From positions 79,575 through 143,574 of the forward strand of contig RFQR01000001.1 in the NCBI GenBank assembly GCA_009924895.1: a stretch of 64,000 nucleotides of DNA, in the 5' to 3' direction. Numbering within the stretch: position 1 is the stretch's first letter; every line of letters starts with the position of its first letter. Both the position numbers and the translations under genes were made by a program. Below are positions 27,208 to 37,278 of this stretch, piece after piece. The notes below the pieces were generated by a model. It was not told where the DNA came from. It searched no databases and saw only the letters and a program-made list of their open reading frames with translations. This DNA comes from a bacterium (GTDB lineage Bacteria; Patescibacteriota; Minisyncoccia; Phycocordibacterales; UBA2100).

Positions 27208-28866
27208 ATGAAACGTGAATATCTACTCCTTGCAATGATTGCAGCACTTTTTCTGGTACTGCGCTTGCCAGGCGTTGAATTGCCGCTCCATCAAGACGAA
27301 TATAAATGGCCGCAAATTGTAAATCCAGCATACGTAAGCGAAACCGAAATTCCACATCCGCCACTTTCTCAGTTTATTTATGCTCTGGCAGGGAAGGTAA
27401 CAGGGTACGATGTTCATCTGCGTTTTGTACCGCTTACATTTGGGCTCATAAACCTTTTTTTGCTTTGGTACTGGATGCGCCATCGATTTGGTCCACGAGA
27501 AGCACTCCTCGGTGCACTCTTTTTCGCGCTTTCATTTTACAGCGTGCTCGCGTCCTTGATGGTCGACACGGATGGACAGATACTGCCGTTTTTCTTGCTT
27601 ATCGCCTTGATCGCGTATGAACGAGCGCAAGAGTGGAATACGCGCGCAAAGTGGTGGTCGTTTGTTTTGGTAGCGGCATGTGTTGCGGGCTTTTTTGTGA
27701 AAACGAGCTTCGTGTTAGTCATCGGTGCGCTCATGCTTGATTTTCTCTGGGAGCGCCGCACGCGCTTACCACTGCGCACGCTCGCATGGTATGCACTCTA
27801 TGCGGCATGTGCGGTAGTCGCGCTCCTGCTTCTCCTTATACTGGCACAAAAAGCATTCCCATTCTTTAATCTCCGCGCGTCACTGTCGTATTGGGAGCAT
27901 TTCGCATCCTTACATCACAATTGGTTTCAGACGGCAATTCAGGTAGTGAAGGCGTGTTTTTACCTCTCGCCATTTCTCGTGCTTATGCCAGTTTTGGTGA
28001 CTCGCGACATTGTATGCCGCACGCGCCCCCTTTTCTTTTTTGTTGGACTCGGTCTGTTTTTCTATCTTATCTTGTTTGACTTCTCGGTCGGAGCGCTCGA
28101 TCGATACCTGCAGTTTCTGGTCATTCCGCTCGTGGTATGGGCAGTGCTTATTGTCGCCCGCATACGGTGGGAAGGTAGATTTTTGCGTGCCGCGTGTGGC
28201 GCAGGTGTTGTCGTTGCCGTGGTGCTGCTCTACGTTCAGTTTTTTCCTCACAGCGTCCCGTCACTTTACCCTAAGGCTGACTGGATTGGACGGATCACCC
28301 ATTTCCATTGGGCTATGTTGTATCCGTTTTCAGGGGGATCGGGCCCGCTCACGTTTTACATGTCATTCCTCTTTATCGCCCTTATATGGTGCGTGAGCGT
28401 GGCTGCAGTTGTGCTCGCACGGTGGAAAACTGAGTGGCGTGTCGCCGCAGTAAGTTTCTTGGTGCCACTCGCACTCGTCTATAATGGCATGTTTACCGAA
28501 GAGTATCTTGCCGGAGCAGTGAATGGGTTTGCACCGGGACTTGTCGAGCGTTCTGTTTCGTTTATTGCACAGAACCCCGACATTCAGCGTGTCGTCGTCT
28601 ACAACGACAACGGTGGCGCGGAAGTACAGGCAATAGGGAAGTATGAGAAACGATTGTATACATCGCCTGATTTTAATTGGAATGACAAAGCAAAAACGAT
28701 GAATGCATTTTCAGGACACTATCTGGTTATTGATGCTCCACCTGTTGATCCAAACTCTTTTTTCGCCAAGTATTTTGCAACGTGCCAGGTGGTTTATAGT
28801 GACACATCACGTGCCATGACGGCGAAAGTATACGATTGTCGAAAAGCACCGAAAATTCAGCTCTAG
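27208..28866 (+). CDS. Polytopic membrane glycosyltransferase (GT39/ArnT/PMT-like)
   Basis: It has about 12 TM helices, an N-terminal loop with QDEYKW (GT-C DE-like) and a C-terminal soluble domain. Confidence 0.6.
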   Translation: MKREYLLLAMIAALFLVLRLPGVELPLHQDEYKWPQIVNPAYVSETEIPHPPLSQFIYALAGKVTGYDVHLRFVPLTFGLINLFLLWYWMRHRFGPREALLGALFFALSFYSVLASLMVDTDGQILPFFLLIALIAYERAQEWNTRAKWWSFVLVAACVAGFFVKTSFVLVIGALMLDFLWERRTRLPLRTLAWYALYAACAVVALLLLLILAQKAFPFFNLRASLSYWEHFASLHHNWFQTAIQVVKACFYLSPFLVLMPVLVTRDIVCRTRPLFFFVGLGLFFYLILFDFSVGALDRYLQFLVIPLVVWAVLIVARIRWEGRFLRAACGAGVVVAVVLLYVQFFPHSVPSLYPKADWIGRITHFHWAMLYPFSGGSGPLTFYMSFLFIALIWCVSVAAVVLARWKTEWRVAAVSFLVPLALVYNGMFTEEYLAGAVNGFAPGLVERSVSFIAQNPDIQRVVVYNDNGGAEVQAIGKYEKRLYTSPDFNWNDKAKTMNAFSGHYLVIDAPPVDPNSFFAKYFATCQVVYSDTSRAMTAKVYDCRKAPKIQL

Positions 28867-28900
28867 TGCGCTCGTTTGCCCTCTGTGCTAGACTGCCGCC

Positions 28901-29935
28901 ATGGCAAAACAGACTAAAAAAGTAGTAGGAACCAAAGCGGTCGAGAAGCTGTTAATCACTGGTGGCGCAGGGTTTATTGGCCACCACATTGTGCAGTATT
29001 TTCTTGAGGAAACGAATTGGGACATTGTTATTTTGGATCGCCTCGATGTTTCAGGCACCTTGAATCGTTTGACTGATTTGCCGAACTGGGAAGCACAAAA
29101 GAGTCGTGTGAAATTTGTGTACCACGATTTTCGTGCGCCACTCAATGAATATGTCACCACTCGCTTGGGTGAGGTGAACTACATCTTGCACCTTGCAGCT
29201 TCGACGCATGTCGACCGCTCGATTTCTGATCCGATGCTCTTTGTGGAAGATAATGTCGTTGGTACGACGAACATGCTGCAGTACGCACGCACACTCAAGA
29301 ATCTGAAAGCGTTCATTAACTTCTCAACTGATGAGGTGTTTGGTCCTGCGCCAGTGGGCGTTTCTCATAAAGAAGATGCGCCGTATATTCCTTCAAACCC
29401 GTACTCTGCATCCAAAGCAGGTGCGGCATCAATGGGTATCGCTTTTTTCATTACGTATGGCGTGCCAGTCATTACCACGTACACGATGAATAATTTCGGT
29501 GAACGGCAGCACCCTGAAAAGTTGATTCCGCGCACTATCCGTTCGGTGATTAAGGGCGAGACGATGCCGATTTTTGCAGAGCTCAATTCAAAAGGGAAAT
29601 TGCAGGGTGTGGGAAGCAGGTTCTGGCTCCATGCACGCAACACCGCCTCTGCGGTTCATTTCCTTTTACAGAAAGGAAAGGCAGGTGAGGCATACAACAT
29701 CATTGGTTTTGATGAGTTAACTAATCTTGAAATTGCACAGAAAGTTGCACAGTTTGTCGGAAAGCCACTCAAGTATAAATTTGTAGACTTCCACAAAATG
29801 CGTCCTGGTCATGATAGGCGCTATGCACTTGATGGAACAAAATTGAAGGAACTCGGCTGGAAGCCGTTGGTAGATTTTGAAACATCACTCAAGCAAACCA
29901 TAGATTTCGCACTCGAGCACCCAGAGTGGATTTAA
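28901..29935 (+). CDS. rfbB: dTDP-glucose 4,6-dehydratase
   Basis: LITGGAGFIGHH, ILHLAASTHVDRS and YSASKA (YxxxK) are present. Confidence 0.85.
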   Translation: MAKQTKKVVGTKAVEKLLITGGAGFIGHHIVQYFLEETNWDIVILDRLDVSGTLNRLTDLPNWEAQKSRVKFVYHDFRAPLNEYVTTRLGEVNYILHLAASTHVDRSISDPMLFVEDNVVGTTNMLQYARTLKNLKAFINFSTDEVFGPAPVGVSHKEDAPYIPSNPYSASKAGAASMGIAFFITYGVPVITTYTMNNFGERQHPEKLIPRTIRSVIKGETMPIFAELNSKGKLQGVGSRFWLHARNTASAVHFLLQKGKAGEAYNIIGFDELTNLEIAQKVAQFVGKPLKYKFVDFHKMRPGHDRRYALDGTKLKELGWKPLVDFETSLKQTIDFALEHPEWI

Positions 29936-29939
29936 TTCT

Positions 29940-30704
29940 ATGAAAGGAATCATTCTCGCAGGAGGAAAAGGAACACGACTTCGTCCGGCGACGTTGGTGA
30001 TGAATAAACACCTGATTCCTATTCTGAATAAACCAATGGTGCTCTATCCGATTGAGACACTTCGAGACGTGTTCGGAATTAAGGACATTTTAATTGTTTC
30101 TGGAGGTGATCATATTGGAGGATTCGCTGAGTTTTTGGGTGATGGATCAGAATATGGGGTTGAACTCACATATCGTGTACAAACGCAAGCGGGAGGTATC
30201 GCCCAAGCCCTTGCCCTTGCTGAAAACTTTGCACAAGGTGAGTCAATCGCTGTGATTTTGGGAGACAATATTTTTGATGCAAAGGCGCTCAAAAAATCAA
30301 GCAAGAATCTCAAAAAAAGTAACAATGCAACACTTTTTTTGAAAGAAGTTCCCGATGCAGAACGATTTGGTGTGCCCACTTTAAATCAAAAAGGTAAGAT
30401 AGTAAAAATCACTGAAAAGCCGCAAAAGCCAGATTCTTCGTATGCAGTAACGGGTCTCTATCTCTACCCAGGCGACGTATTCAAGAAGGTTAAGAAACTA
30501 AAACCGTCCGCACGTGGAGAACTCGAAATCACCGACGTGAATCAGATGTATGTCCAGGAGGGTAAGTGTAACGATATTATTTTCGACGGTTTTTGGTCTG
30601 ACGCGGGCACGCCTGCTTCACTTGCACGTACCGTGCTCTGGGCAGCAGAACAATCAGATATTGGTACCGCGGATGATTCCTCTTATTTGCGATTATCACC
30701 CTAA
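29940..30704 (+). CDS. Sugar-phosphate nucleotidyltransferase (RfbA-like glucose-1-phosphate thymidylyltransferase, short form)
   Basis: MKGIILAGGKGTRLRP is the NTP-transferase signature. Confidence 0.8.
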   Translation: MKGIILAGGKGTRLRPATLVMNKHLIPILNKPMVLYPIETLRDVFGIKDILIVSGGDHIGGFAEFLGDGSEYGVELTYRVQTQAGGIAQALALAENFAQGESIAVILGDNIFDAKALKKSSKNLKKSNNATLFLKEVPDAERFGVPTLNQKGKIVKITEKPQKPDSSYAVTGLYLYPGDVFKKVKKLKPSARGELEITDVNQMYVQEGKCNDIIFDGFWSDAGTPASLARTVLWAAEQSDIGTADDSSYLRLSP

Positions 30705-30724
30705 CTAAGTAAAATACCGACACT

Positions 30725-31993
30725 ATGGCAAAAATCTTCAAACATCACGATGCGAAACTAGGAATCTTGAACCGCTGTCAGATTACAAACTCAAAGAATC
30801 TGTTTGAAGGAATTGATTTGGGACACCAGCCGCCGTGCAGTGTATTGCCAAACCAAAAGACGATTCGCGAACCAGAAACCTTCTACCCGCTGCGCCTCAT
30901 GATTTGCCCTGACTCAGGTTTAGGACAGCTTGACTACGTGGTGGATGGAAAAATTTTGTTCCCCACAGAGTATCCGTATCGTCCTGGTATTTCGGCGCCA
31001 CTTCGTGACCACTTGAATGCAATCAGTGGAGAAACCGTCGCAACGGCAGGCATTCCTCCAAAGTCACTCTGTGTTGACGTGGGTTCAAACGATGGAACAC
31101 TGCTCTCTTTCTTTAAGGCGCGCGGCATGAAGACTCTTGGTGTTGAGCCAACAAACATGGCAAAAGTAGCACGCAAAGAAAACAAGATAAACACCATTCA
31201 GAGTTTCTTTACTGAAGTAGTTGCAAAACAAATTGTAAAAAAAGAAGGAAAGGCAAAGGTGATTACGTTCACCAATGTCTTTGCACACATGGCGCCACTT
31301 GGTGAGGTCATGCGCGGCATTACGAGCCTTTTGGACAACGACGGAGTCTTCATGTCTGAGAGTCAGTATCTTCTCGATGTGTTTCTCGGAAATCAGTTTG
31401 ACGAAATCTATCATGACCACGTCCGCATTTACAGCCTCAAATCGCTTGTGAAGCTCTTCTCGCTCTATGGCATGGAAGTATTCGATGCAAAACGAGTACA
31501 CACTCGTGAGGGTAGTATCCGTATTTATGCGGGCTGGAAGGGTAAGCATAAAGTGACTGATGAGGTAGCAAAGATTTTGAAGACTGAAGAGGATTCTGGC
31601 ATGTTTACTGAAAAGGGATGGGAAGGATTCCGTGCTCGAGTTAAAAAGAGTCGGGATCAGTTTTTGGATCTTGCGCATGAAGCTCGTCGCAAGGGATTGA
31701 AGTTTGTTGCAGATTCATGTCCGACACGTGGCGTGGTCCTTACGAATTACTACGGACTCGACCGTGAGCTCTTACCGTATGTCTCTCAAATTCCTGGCAC
31801 GGAAAAGGTGGGCAAGTATATGCCGGGAACCCACAATCCAATCGTCAGTAACGAAATCATCTTGAAGGACAAGCCTGACTACATCATCATTCTTGCGTGG
31901 CACTACGCTGACTACATCATCAAAAATTGGCGTGCAAAAGGGGTAAAGGCAAAGTTCGTCATCCCACTCCCTGATTTCCAAATTGTTGAGTAG
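30725..31993 (+). CDS. NDP-hexose C-methyltransferase-like enzyme (TylC3/C-methyltransferase family)
   Basis: A SAM MTase core (CVDVGSNDGTLL) is combined with the characteristic C-terminal domain of sugar C-methyltransferases. It sits beside RfbB and a DegT aminotransferase. Confidence 0.6.
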   Translation: MAKIFKHHDAKLGILNRCQITNSKNLFEGIDLGHQPPCSVLPNQKTIREPETFYPLRLMICPDSGLGQLDYVVDGKILFPTEYPYRPGISAPLRDHLNAISGETVATAGIPPKSLCVDVGSNDGTLLSFFKARGMKTLGVEPTNMAKVARKENKINTIQSFFTEVVAKQIVKKEGKAKVITFTNVFAHMAPLGEVMRGITSLLDNDGVFMSESQYLLDVFLGNQFDEIYHDHVRIYSLKSLVKLFSLYGMEVFDAKRVHTREGSIRIYAGWKGKHKVTDEVAKILKTEEDSGMFTEKGWEGFRARVKKSRDQFLDLAHEARRKGLKFVADSCPTRGVVLTNYYGLDRELLPYVSQIPGTEKVGKYMPGTHNPIVSNEIILKDKPDYIIILAWHYADYIIKNWRAKGVKAKFVIPLPDFQIVE

Positions 31994-32024
31994 AATGAGT
32001 GTGTGAGGCACCTCACGATACTCC

Positions 32025-33077
32025 ATGATGCACATTCCACTCTTTAAGACGTATATCTCCTGGCGTTCAGTCTGGAATGTTTCAACGCTTCTCATTAAAT
32101 CAAATTACGGCACCTATCTCGGCGAGGGTCCGCAGGTAAAAGCTCTCGAACAAGAATTCGGACAGATGTTCGGTGTCAAAAATGTCTCCGTGCTTAATTC
32201 AGGAACATCAGCGCTTGAGCTTTCGTACGAGCTTGCAGGGATTGGTCCTGGAGATGAGGTTATAAGTCCTGTTCTTACCTTCTCTGGCACAAACTCCTGT
32301 TTGGTGCACCGCGGAGCGCATATTGTCTTTGCTGATACCGACCGTGATCTCAATGTTGATATTGAGGATGTAAAGCGAAAAATTACACCAAAGACCAAAG
32401 CGATCGTGTTCGTGCATTTTGGAGGCAATAATCGTGGACTCAAAGAACTGCTCGAGATTGGTGCCCAGAAAAATATCATTATTATTGAAGACGCCGCACA
32501 GGCAATTGGCTCGGATTTTTGGGGGCAGGCAGATTTTACCTGTCTTTCATTCCAGGCTATTAAAACATTCACGACCGGTGATGGTGGGGCGCTTTTGTGT
32601 AAAGATGACGAGCACGATAAAAAGGGAAGGAGGTTGCGTTGGTTTGGGTATGATCGTGAAAAGAAACAGAAAGAAGGTGATACTGACCTTGTTGAAGCAG
32701 GATACAAATATCATATGAATGATATAACGGCAGCAATTGGTCGTGGAAATCTTATTTCGCTTCCGAAAATGATCGCACATCGTAAAACACTGATGGAAGA
32801 ATATCGTCGCCAGGGTATTCCTGCTTCGATATGGTTTGCGCATTATCTCAGCCCTCGACGCAAAGAACTCATGGCATTTTTGAAAGAGAGCGGTATTCAT
32901 ACGGGTATACACCACTATCGCAACGATGCGTATACGCTCTTTGGAGGCAGAAAGCCCTTTAAGATTATGGATGAAATTGAAAATCAATACCTTCTTTTGC
33001 CGCTACATCACGGAATGAACGTGAATGATGTGCGCCGTATTTGTAGCCTCATAAAATCATTTCATGAAATACACTAA
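32025..33077 (+). CDS. DegT/DnrJ/EryC1/StrS-family PLP-dependent sugar aminotransferase
   Basis: NSGTSALELSY....DEVI and a lysine-region pattern (FQAIKTFTTGDGG) are present. Confidence 0.85.
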   Translation: MMHIPLFKTYISWRSVWNVSTLLIKSNYGTYLGEGPQVKALEQEFGQMFGVKNVSVLNSGTSALELSYELAGIGPGDEVISPVLTFSGTNSCLVHRGAHIVFADTDRDLNVDIEDVKRKITPKTKAIVFVHFGGNNRGLKELLEIGAQKNIIIIEDAAQAIGSDFWGQADFTCLSFQAIKTFTTGDGGALLCKDDEHDKKGRRLRWFGYDREKKQKEGDTDLVEAGYKYHMNDITAAIGRGNLISLPKMIAHRKTLMEEYRRQGIPASIWFAHYLSPRRKELMAFLKESGIHTGIHHYRNDAYTLFGGRKPFKIMDEIENQYLLLPLHHGMNVNDVRRICSLIKSFHEIH

Positions 33078-33732
33078 TCCTGATCTCGATAGTTCATATC
33101 GCGAAAACAATCTGGGAAAAGATTTGTACGATGCGGTGCTCGAACACAAGCCAAAAAAAATTATTGAATTTGGTTCTTTGTACGGGTACTCAACAGTTGC
33201 GATGGCGCTCGCACTGCATGAATTAGGGGAAGGAAGCATCTGTGTGTATGACCTGTTTGAGTCCTATATGTACACGCATTCAGCGCACAAACACACGAGT
33301 CAAGAATCTCTTAAAAAAGGAGGCCTTCGCTACTATCTTGAGGCGTTCATTATGGACATACCTATGTGGCTTCATCCAAGTAGGAACATGATTTCGCGCA
33401 GACAAGTGCGCACTAATTTGGAGAAATATGGAGTGTCAAACTTTGTGACTCTCAAGAAAATGAATTTTAAAGACTGGATTAAAAATCCTGAGCCGTTCGA
33501 CATGATGCACTTTGATGTCGCAAACAACGGAGATACTTTGCGCGCGCTCTATGAAGCCGTAAAGCCTTTTGTACAAGCAGGCTCGCACGTTTACTTTGAA
33601 GGGGGGAGTGCCGAACGAGATTCGTTGGTGTGGATGGAGAAACACGGATTGAAAAAAATAAGCGAATCGGGAGTGCCGTATCGTGTTGTGAACGAGAATT
33701 TTCCTTCATTATCAGTTATCGAACGCGTATGA
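33064..33732 (+). CDS. Class I SAM-dependent methyltransferase (TylF/CmcI-like O-methyltransferase fold)
   Basis: IIEFGSLYGYSTVAMA is present; the size and context fit a sugar O-methyltransferase. Confidence 0.55.
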   Translation: MKYTNPDLDSSYRENNLGKDLYDAVLEHKPKKIIEFGSLYGYSTVAMALALHELGEGSICVYDLFESYMYTHSAHKHTSQESLKKGGLRYYLEAFIMDIPMWLHPSRNMISRRQVRTNLEKYGVSNFVTLKKMNFKDWIKNPEPFDMMHFDVANNGDTLRALYEAVKPFVQAGSHVYFEGGSAERDSLVWMEKHGLKKISESGVPYRVVNENFPSLSVIERV

Positions 33733-34550
33733 AACGACTCGCGGTAGTTGCAAGTGGTTGGCATTTCCCACTCTCGTTTTACGAACAAATGGCGGCGCAA
33801 AAGAAGCCTGAGGGGTGGGAGGTGGATTTGTTTGTTGTTTCTCATCGTGATCCTTCTTATTCAGCTGCAGAAAAAAAAGAAGCCTTGAAGACACTCGGGT
33901 ACGGAAGACGTGAACTTTTCGATCGCATTATGTACCGCGCGGTGGCGACAGTTGCTGACATTGAACGATTGGGGTGGAACTATGTTCTCGAGCCAAACAC
34001 TATGGGCGATTGGGGGTGTATTAATCAATGGCTTGAAAAGCATGATTACAAGCAGTACGACAAGTTTTTGTTTACGCACGATGATAACTATCTTTTTACC
34101 GAGAGTATTTTTGAAAAGATTCTTCCACAAGATGATTGGCTGATTATGACCAATTCGACGGGAAGTGCTCAGCGAAGACTCAGAGAATGGCTCTATCTCC
34201 CGAAGCCATTTTCTGCGCGTGGCTCTTTTGAATTTTTCACCCGAGAGATGATGGATTTATTGGGTGGTTCTTTTGATTTGTCTCGTACGAATGTAACGCG
34301 TGTCGGGCAGTTCGGCTCACCAGCTGATTTTCGGGAAATTTCAGAATGGAATGAAAACGATCGAGCGATTAAGGATTTTGTCGATTCGCATGGACTTACT
34401 TCTCGAGTGAAGGCGCTTTCGAGGTACTACCGCATGAGTATCTACTGCCTCGAGGGAGAACGTGGTTTCATTCATCGCACCGAGAAAAGTAACACGGCAG
34501 AAGAGGAACGCGGGCTCGATGCAATCGAGGCACATTATCGTCAGAAATAG
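33729..34550 (+). CDS. Hypothetical protein within the glycan locus
   Basis: A 273-aa protein-like ORF coupled through ATGA to the upstream gene. Confidence 0.4.
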   Translation: MKRLAVVASGWHFPLSFYEQMAAQKKPEGWEVDLFVVSHRDPSYSAAEKKEALKTLGYGRRELFDRIMYRAVATVADIERLGWNYVLEPNTMGDWGCINQWLEKHDYKQYDKFLFTHDDNYLFTESIFEKILPQDDWLIMTNSTGSAQRRLREWLYLPKPFSARGSFEFFTREMMDLLGGSFDLSRTNVTRVGQFGSPADFREISEWNENDRAIKDFVDSHGLTSRVKALSRYYRMSIYCLEGERGFIHRTEKSNTAEEERGLDAIEAHYRQK

Positions 34551-34591
34551 CCTCGATTGTGACGCTTTGCACTTCGCGCTAGTATGAGCAG

Positions 34592-35731
34592 ATGAAATTG
34601 GTTTACGTCACGAGTTCACGCATTCCTACTGAGCGTGCCTATGGACAGGCCATCATGAAGATGTGTGAGGCTTTTGCAGAGACTGGAGTTGAAGTCACTC
34701 TGATTTCACCGAAAAAAAGTCCCCATCAGCCAAAAGATTCTTTTGAGTTTCATGCTATTAGGCGCACCTTTGTTCATACTCATGCATGGGGAACTGACCT
34801 TCTTAATGGCGTCCTGGTAGGGCGTTGGGGGTATTGGACTGATCTTCTCACCTTCTTGTTATCGATGTATACGATCCAGCTTCCCACATTGCTACGGGCG
34901 GATGTGGTTTTTACACGTGAATTAGCATTTGTGCCACTGCGCTTGTTTGGTATTGCGGTGGTGCTTGAAAGTCACGCACTTCCTGCGAGGCGAGGTTGGT
35001 ATCTGTGGTGTGCACGCTTTCTTTCAGGAATTGTAACCATTTCGCAACCGTTAAAACGAGCATTCGAAAGTGGTGGTGTTTCGTCAAAAAAAATATGCGT
35101 GTTACCGAGCGGTGTGGATTTGGCCACCTTTCAAATTAATACCGAACAAAACGAGGCGCGCGCCACGCTCGAATTACCGCAAGGCCCACTCTTTCTCTAT
35201 ACGGGTAATTTTACGACAATGGGTGAGGACAAGGGCATACTCGACGTATTTCGTGCACTCGCACACATGCCCCAAGGAACTTTTGTGGCTGTGGGGGCGT
35301 ATCCAGAGGACTTTGAGCATTATACTTCTGAAGCTCGGAAACATAATGTACAGGATCGCGTTATTATTCGGGGGAGAGAATCACAGGCGAATCTCGCGCT
35401 GTATCAGCGCGCAGCGGATATTCTCCTCATGCCTTTTCCTGACAAACCACACTATCGCAATGCAATGTCTCCGATAAAGATGTTTGAGTACATGGCATCA
35501 GGGCGCCCCATTATTGCTTCTGACTTACCAACGATTCGTGAAGTATTAAATGATTCGAATGCGTACTTTGTGCAACCAGGTGATGCTGTGAGGCTCTCGT
35601 CAGTTTTGCAAGAAGTTTTCTCTCACTCCGACGAAGCACAAAAACGTGCAGAGCAGGCTCGACGTGATGTACAATCCTACAGCTGGCTAGAACGTGCAAG
35701 AGCCTTGCACACCTTTTTTGCTCATCTCTAA
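34592..35731 (+). CDS. Glycosyltransferase family 4
   Basis: GT-B N- and C-domains are present, with a MASGRPIIASD region. Confidence 0.85.
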   Translation: MKLVYVTSSRIPTERAYGQAIMKMCEAFAETGVEVTLISPKKSPHQPKDSFEFHAIRRTFVHTHAWGTDLLNGVLVGRWGYWTDLLTFLLSMYTIQLPTLLRADVVFTRELAFVPLRLFGIAVVLESHALPARRGWYLWCARFLSGIVTISQPLKRAFESGGVSSKKICVLPSGVDLATFQINTEQNEARATLELPQGPLFLYTGNFTTMGEDKGILDVFRALAHMPQGTFVAVGAYPEDFEHYTSEARKHNVQDRVIIRGRESQANLALYQRAADILLMPFPDKPHYRNAMSPIKMFEYMASGRPIIASDLPTIREVLNDSNAYFVQPGDAVRLSSVLQEVFSHSDEAQKRAEQARRDVQSYSWLERARALHTFFAHL

Positions 35732-35733
35732 TT

Positions 35734-36435
35734 ATGCAGCTCACGGTACTCATTCCAACGTATAACGAGGCGGGGAATATTGCGGATTTTCTTTCTGAAC
35801 TTTCTCGTGTAGCGCCCGATGCAAAATTGTTAGTGGTAGATGATAATTCCCCTGACGGCACCGGTACTATTGTGAAAGGTCTTGCCCTCAAAAATCCACA
35901 GATAGAACTTTTGCATCGTGAAAAAAAAGAGGGGCTGGGAAAAGCATATTTGCATGCATTTACTGAAGTGCTGCGAGACGCACGTACGGAATCAGTGCTA
36001 ATGATGGACGCTGATTTTTCACACGATCCAGAATATATTAGTCAGATGCGCGAAGCACTCACCGATGCAGATGTGGTTATTGGTTCTCGATACTGTGCGG
36101 GCGGTGCAACTGAAGGATGGGAGAGATGGCGCAAGGCATTGAGTAAGTATGGAAATCTTTACGCTGGTCTGATAACGCAAATGCCGGTACGTGATATGAC
36201 GGCTGGATTTTGTCTGATTCGCGCCTCGCTCCTGCGGAAACTTGATTTAAAGAGGCTCGGATCATCTGGATACGCGTTTCAAATTGAACTGAAATATCGT
36301 CTCTTTCAGGCGGGTGCACGTATTCGCGAAGTGCCCATTCATTTCAAAAATCGTCGAGAGGGAGAATCGAAAATCTCGCGTCATATCATTCGAGAGGGTA
36401 TTATTGCCCCATGGCTTCTCCGGTTCAAAAAATAG
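35734..36435 (+). CDS. GT2 polyprenol-phosphate sugar synthase-like transferase (DPM1-like)
   Basis: LTVLIPTYNEAGNI...LLVVDDNSPDGT is present. Confidence 0.85.
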   Translation: MQLTVLIPTYNEAGNIADFLSELSRVAPDAKLLVVDDNSPDGTGTIVKGLALKNPQIELLHREKKEGLGKAYLHAFTEVLRDARTESVLMMDADFSHDPEYISQMREALTDADVVIGSRYCAGGATEGWERWRKALSKYGNLYAGLITQMPVRDMTAGFCLIRASLLRKLDLKRLGSSGYAFQIELKYRLFQAGARIREVPIHFKNRREGESKISRHIIREGIIAPWLLRFKK

Positions 36436-37274
36436 CGGCTTGTCCGCATTGCTTGCGGCAAGTAGTCTACTGGTTTAGCAAAAATTCATACCATCTCTAT
36501 CGTTGTTCTTGTGGTTTAGGTTTTGTACATCCGTTGCCGAATCCGAGTGAGGTGTACAGTACTGATTACTTCTCGGGCGCCCATGAAGGGTTTGGCTATG
36601 CGGACTACGATCGTGATAAGGAGGTGATGGTGCCAACGTTTCGTGAATACATTCGCCGCATTAAAGTACTTAAGCCAACGGGCTGTCTACTCGACATTGG
36701 TGCTGCAACAGGCTTTTTTCTCAACATCGCGCGTATGGAAGGGTTTCAGATTGAAGGAGTTGAGATTTCTATGTTTGCGGCTGAGCGTGCACGCGAAAAA
36801 GGGATTGTGATGCATACAGGAACACTTGAGACGTTTCGTTCAATTAAACAGTTTGATGTAATAACGATGCTCGATCTTCTCGAACATGTCACCGATCCAC
36901 AAGCACTGCTGAAACGTGCTCGAGATATGATGGGAGCGGGAGGTGTGCTTATTATCAATACTCCCGATTTTAGATCATGGTATGCGCGTATGCTGGGGAA
37001 AGGCTGGCATCTTATTGTTCCACCAGAGCATTTGTATTACTACACGCGACCAGTTTTGCGGGAGATGCTTGACCGAGCGGATTTTGAAATCGTTGAAATG
37101 ACCACAATTGGCAAAAAATTTACTCTGCCTTATATTTTCACCACACTCTATAAGTGGCTTGGGCTTTCGATTTTTGCGTCACTTTCGCACATGACTGAGC
37201 GCGGCGTGTTTGCGCGAATCGGCATCCCGATTAATCTCTATGACAACGTATTTATCATTGCTCGCGCAAAGTAA
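36411..37274 (+). CDS. Class I SAM-dependent methyltransferase with an N-terminal Cys4 zinc ribbon
   Basis: CPHC...CSCG is followed by LLDIGAATGFF (motif I). Confidence 0.75.
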   Translation: MASPVQKIAACPHCLRQVVYWFSKNSYHLYRCSCGLGFVHPLPNPSEVYSTDYFSGAHEGFGYADYDRDKEVMVPTFREYIRRIKVLKPTGCLLDIGAATGFFLNIARMEGFQIEGVEISMFAAERAREKGIVMHTGTLETFRSIKQFDVITMLDLLEHVTDPQALLKRARDMMGAGGVLIINTPDFRSWYARMLGKGWHLIVPPEHLYYYTRPVLREMLDRADFEIVEMTTIGKKFTLPYIFTTLYKWLGLSIFASLSHMTERGVFARIGIPINLYDNVFIIARAK

Positions 37275-37278
37275 AGAG